Below are positions 60,081-64,000 of a DNA stretch of 64,000 bases, one piece after another. This stretch comes from Chrysomallon squamiferum (taxonomy: Eukaryota; Animalia; Mollusca): contig CM022667.1 of assembly GCA_012295275.1 (NCBI GenBank), positions 1,798,001-1,862,000 of the forward strand, written 5' to 3'. The translations under genes were made by a program, and so were the position numbers. How positions within the stretch are numbered: position 1 is the stretch's first letter; each line of letters starts with the position of its first letter. A model generated the notes under the pieces. The model was not told the origin of the DNA, did no database searches, and saw only the letters and a program-made list of their open reading frames with translations.

Positions 60081-60420
60081 TTTAATAATTTCAGACAACA
60101 TTAACATTTATCTCTCTTTGTTACAGAAGAAATTTTAAAATCACAGAATATATTCTCGGATTGGATCTCTGGAAAACACAAATATATTCACAATATGTTA
60201 ACAATACATAACAATATGTGTTAACAACACATAACAATATGTGTTAACAATGCATCTCATTAAAAATGTTAACTTGCCGATTCTTTTTAAGTACGCCTCT
60301 TGTTCAGTGTCGTTCTATTCCATTTAAATGTACTCATGTTTCACTGTGATATTTGCTCATTACAGTCAGTAATACACGACTGATCTGAAGCATCAAAGTC
60401 TGTGGTATGTCCTTCCCTGT

Positions 60421-60634
60421 CAACTACTACTGGTCCTTACTACTACTACTACTACTACAACTGCTACTACTATTACCATTATGAAAAATACTGCTACTAT
60501 CACTGCTACTGCTACTACTACTACTACTGCTACTACTGCTACTGCTGCTGCTATTACTATTGCTATTACTCTAACTAGTATCACTAATGTTGCTTCTATT
60601 ACTATAACCACTAAAGTTGCATCTCTGTTATTGT

Positions 60635-60680
<46 letters not shown>

Positions 60681-60812
60681 GCTGGTACTACTACTACTAC
60701 TACTACTGCTGCTGCTGCTACTACTACTACTACTACTATTACTACTACTACTACTATTACTACTATTACTATTATTACTACTACTACTACTACTACTACT
60801 ACCACAACTACA
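60421..60812. repeat. (CTA/CTG/TTA)n trinucleotide microsatellite
   Basis: Directly visible; source of the poly-L, poly-Y and poly-V ORFs. Confidence 0.93.
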
Positions 60813-60983
60813 ACCAGTAACATTAAGACAACTAATAATAATTCTTGTTTAGGAATACATCAGATTTTAACAAGAACAAAAAAATCTCTTTAATAAAAAA
60901 AAAATAAAAAATTAAAAAAAGGTAAGAAATAAAACAATTTTTCCGTTATTCATTTCATTTATACCATACTTTAATGCTTTAAG

Positions 60984-61025
<42 letters not shown>

Positions 61026-61721
61026 AAAGAAAGCATCTCATGATTAAACAGACATTTATTTTCTAGCTAATCTACGAGAGATACAGTTTCTACTTCTAAG
61101 TAATCAGTTTCCGTGGAAGGTCGAATGTCGTGAGAGGTCGGCAACACCAATTCGTTTATCTTTGAATATCTGTCAGCGCGCTGTATTCAGAGCGCGTTGA
61201 CGCTAATTCCTGTCTTACCATTTCCACATTTACCAGTGGAATGTTTGTTTGTTCACTGGATTCATCTTTTCAGTAAATATTTATTGTACATACATACATA
61301 CATACATACATGTATACATGCATAAATACATATATACACATACATACATACATACATACATACATACATACATACATACATACATACATACATGTATACA
61401 TGCATAAATACATATATACACATATACATACATACATACACATATATGTGTGTGTGTGTGCGCGCATGTGATGTGTGTGTTTATGTATTCATGTCTGTAT
61501 GTCTGTCTGTATGTAGGTATCTTTGTTATCTTTTGATTATATAGTCAAAATAGACTTTCATACATTGGATGAATAAAAATATAAATAATCTGCAAAACCA
61601 ACAAATGACGCTACGCTAGCACATTAATTACTGTTATCAGGACTATTTAATAAAAACTCCTCGGAGATTAAACCTTATTTTACAATTAGGGTATTAGTAT
61701 ACAAAAAAAGATTATTATTAT

Positions 61722-61757
<36 letters not shown>

Positions 61758-64000
61758 ACACACACACAGAAAAGATTTTCATCTGAATAACTCCAGATGT
61801 TCGTTTTTTGAACAGAAGCTCTTTGTAAACAAACGGATTGTCCCGGATTCTGGTGAACCACGAAAACAGATTATCCTGTCGTTATAATTCAACACGGAAG
61901 TGGTAATTCTTCGGGAACCGACGCTGCAGACAAACACTGAGTGTGCGCTTAATTACCGCTTTGTAAATACGGGAAGAATCAATATCACGTGTAGGTCAGA
62001 TATGTAAATCAATTCTTATCACACTCAACTCCGCTTGTCTGTCAAATGAAGCAGGAAAACCTATCCAGCAAAATATGATGTGTCTTAGCACGCTTAATTA
62101 GGTGACATCGGAAAACGTTTTGTGGAAATATGTAGTGTAAGCATATATATATATAGTGTACATATATTCACCTGATAACACGCAATCATACACACACACA
62201 CACACACACCATCAACATACACACACACACAACATACACACACACAACACACACACAAACAAATATATGCACACAGACTCGTATCATTGTAGTAGTTGTA
62301 CGGTAGGAACAATAGGAGTAGTAATCATAATAGTATTATTAGTAGTAGTAGTAGTAATAGTAGTAGTAGAAGTAGTAGTAGTGGTAATAGTAGTAGTTGT
62401 AGTTGTTGTTGTTATTGTAGCAGTGTTTGTGTTTAAAATTCGAAGCTGACAAAATATTACATTTTGATTATTCCCCACTTTCTTATATGTGGAAAGCATT
62501 AGATCCTAAACCGGTTTAATATTATTCCAGAATTTATATCACCGTCAGGCAATTAAATAACGTTAAAGAAAAAACAACAGAAGATTTGTTCACCTCTTTT
62601 ATCTTCATCGTCGTTATAATGTATACAAAATGTCTGCCTCATGCATTATATGTCAAGCTAAAATTTAAGAGAATTTACAGAAATTGTTTTATTCCTTTCA
62701 AACCTGAAGCAGACACCCATTTCATGTTGATAAACTTTTAGGACATATAAATTTACAACAAAAAGCGAATAATAATAATGTTTATACAGTTTTAATACAC
62801 AAATTTAACGATGCACTCAGTATTTTTTAGGTTTATGGGTGATTCTATGACGTCATACTATTTTTTAAGAATCAGACTGTTGATGTTGTCATTGACTAGT
62901 CTCTTCTTTTTTCTTTTTTTGGTATTAGCAGTAAATAAAGTGTTGTACATACCTTATCGTAGACAGGAACATAAATACCATTTCACTATAGAAATGTACC
63001 TTTCAAGATAAGACATAACCTGAATATATTCTTCACATCTCCTAGTTATGTGTTATTTTTTACTGCTGTTCAGTCATAATTAGTAATGAAGTATAACAAC
63101 AAAAATATGTGAGATCCGTGTATTTTTTGTAGCCGTGACGTCACCTCGTACAGAGAAGTGGGATCAGTCTGCTCTAAAATTTTCCATAGAGAAAAAAAAA
63201 AATAAAGAAAAATAATGAAAAAAAATAAAAATAAAAATAAATAAAAAAATTTAAACAATCTACCAGTACGTCACGTACGCTATTACATCATGACTTTAGT
63301 TTTAACTGGGAAAAATGTCGGGATTAGAAATTTTATAACAGTATTATTTTTAATGCCATTCTTTATTGTCAGCAAAACGGTAACAAAAATTGGTAATATA
63401 ATGAATTGTATTAAACCATTTATTCCTGACGCGAAATATGTGCATTAAACACTTATGAGCAATAGACTGACAAATAAAAAAATAAAAAAATAAATCACTG
63501 TGAGGAGTTGATCCTGTGCCCAAGCATTCCTCAATCCATTTGTTCTAACCTATTACAACTACAACCGGAGAAAAAAGATTCTTCGTAACATGGTCCCTGG
63601 CATGTTTATGTCCGCCGTGATTGTTTTCATACAAATACTTCTAAATGAATATAAAACAGATCTCCGCTGACGAATCTTCAGGGATTACGCACAAACTGGG
63701 AACACGAGATCAATTACTGGATTCCTAGCGCTTTAATGACTTCTTTAAGCGCGATCAACTACGTTGTTTTCCCAGCTTGTTTGTAACGTGAAGTGTGTCT
63801 GGTAACGCTTGTCTTTCACGTGGTTTACGTTCTGATGACATTATGAAAGGACCTGAAAGGCAGCTATAGTAACGTAGCTGTTTGAATTGATGCGTCGTGT
63901 CAGCAGTGTGTCTAGTACTTCGTCTTCAAATAAAGTAAAATGTCGAGTGGATGAATACTAGTAGGTTGTTATTTACTGTCTTGTTTTTGAGAATAAAGAA

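Overview
AT-rich, microsatellite-dense animal genomic DNA. A mollusc or other lophotrochozoan is my guess from repeat content only. The first ~6 kb holds two head-to-head spliced housekeeping genes: the 5' part of CDK10 (minus strand, three coding exons, continuing off the left edge) and a complete six-exon NDUFS3 (plus strand, 263 aa). NDUFS3 intron 3 needs a non-canonical GC donor and has a duplicated decoy acceptor. In the remaining ~58 kb I recognise no protein-coding exon. It is a CpG-rich domain with many enhancer-like islands (CRE, kappaB, STAT, RFX, GATA/E-box motifs) and one candidate first exon of an unidentified gene ending at 20235. It also carries several minisatellites, a triplicated LINE 3' fragment, SINE and MITE relics, and kb-scale duplications bounded by (GA)n tracts. 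Nearly all ORF-track entries are microsatellite artefacts. I found no convincing previously undescribed multi-gene system; the findings concern splicing, regulation and repeat evolution.
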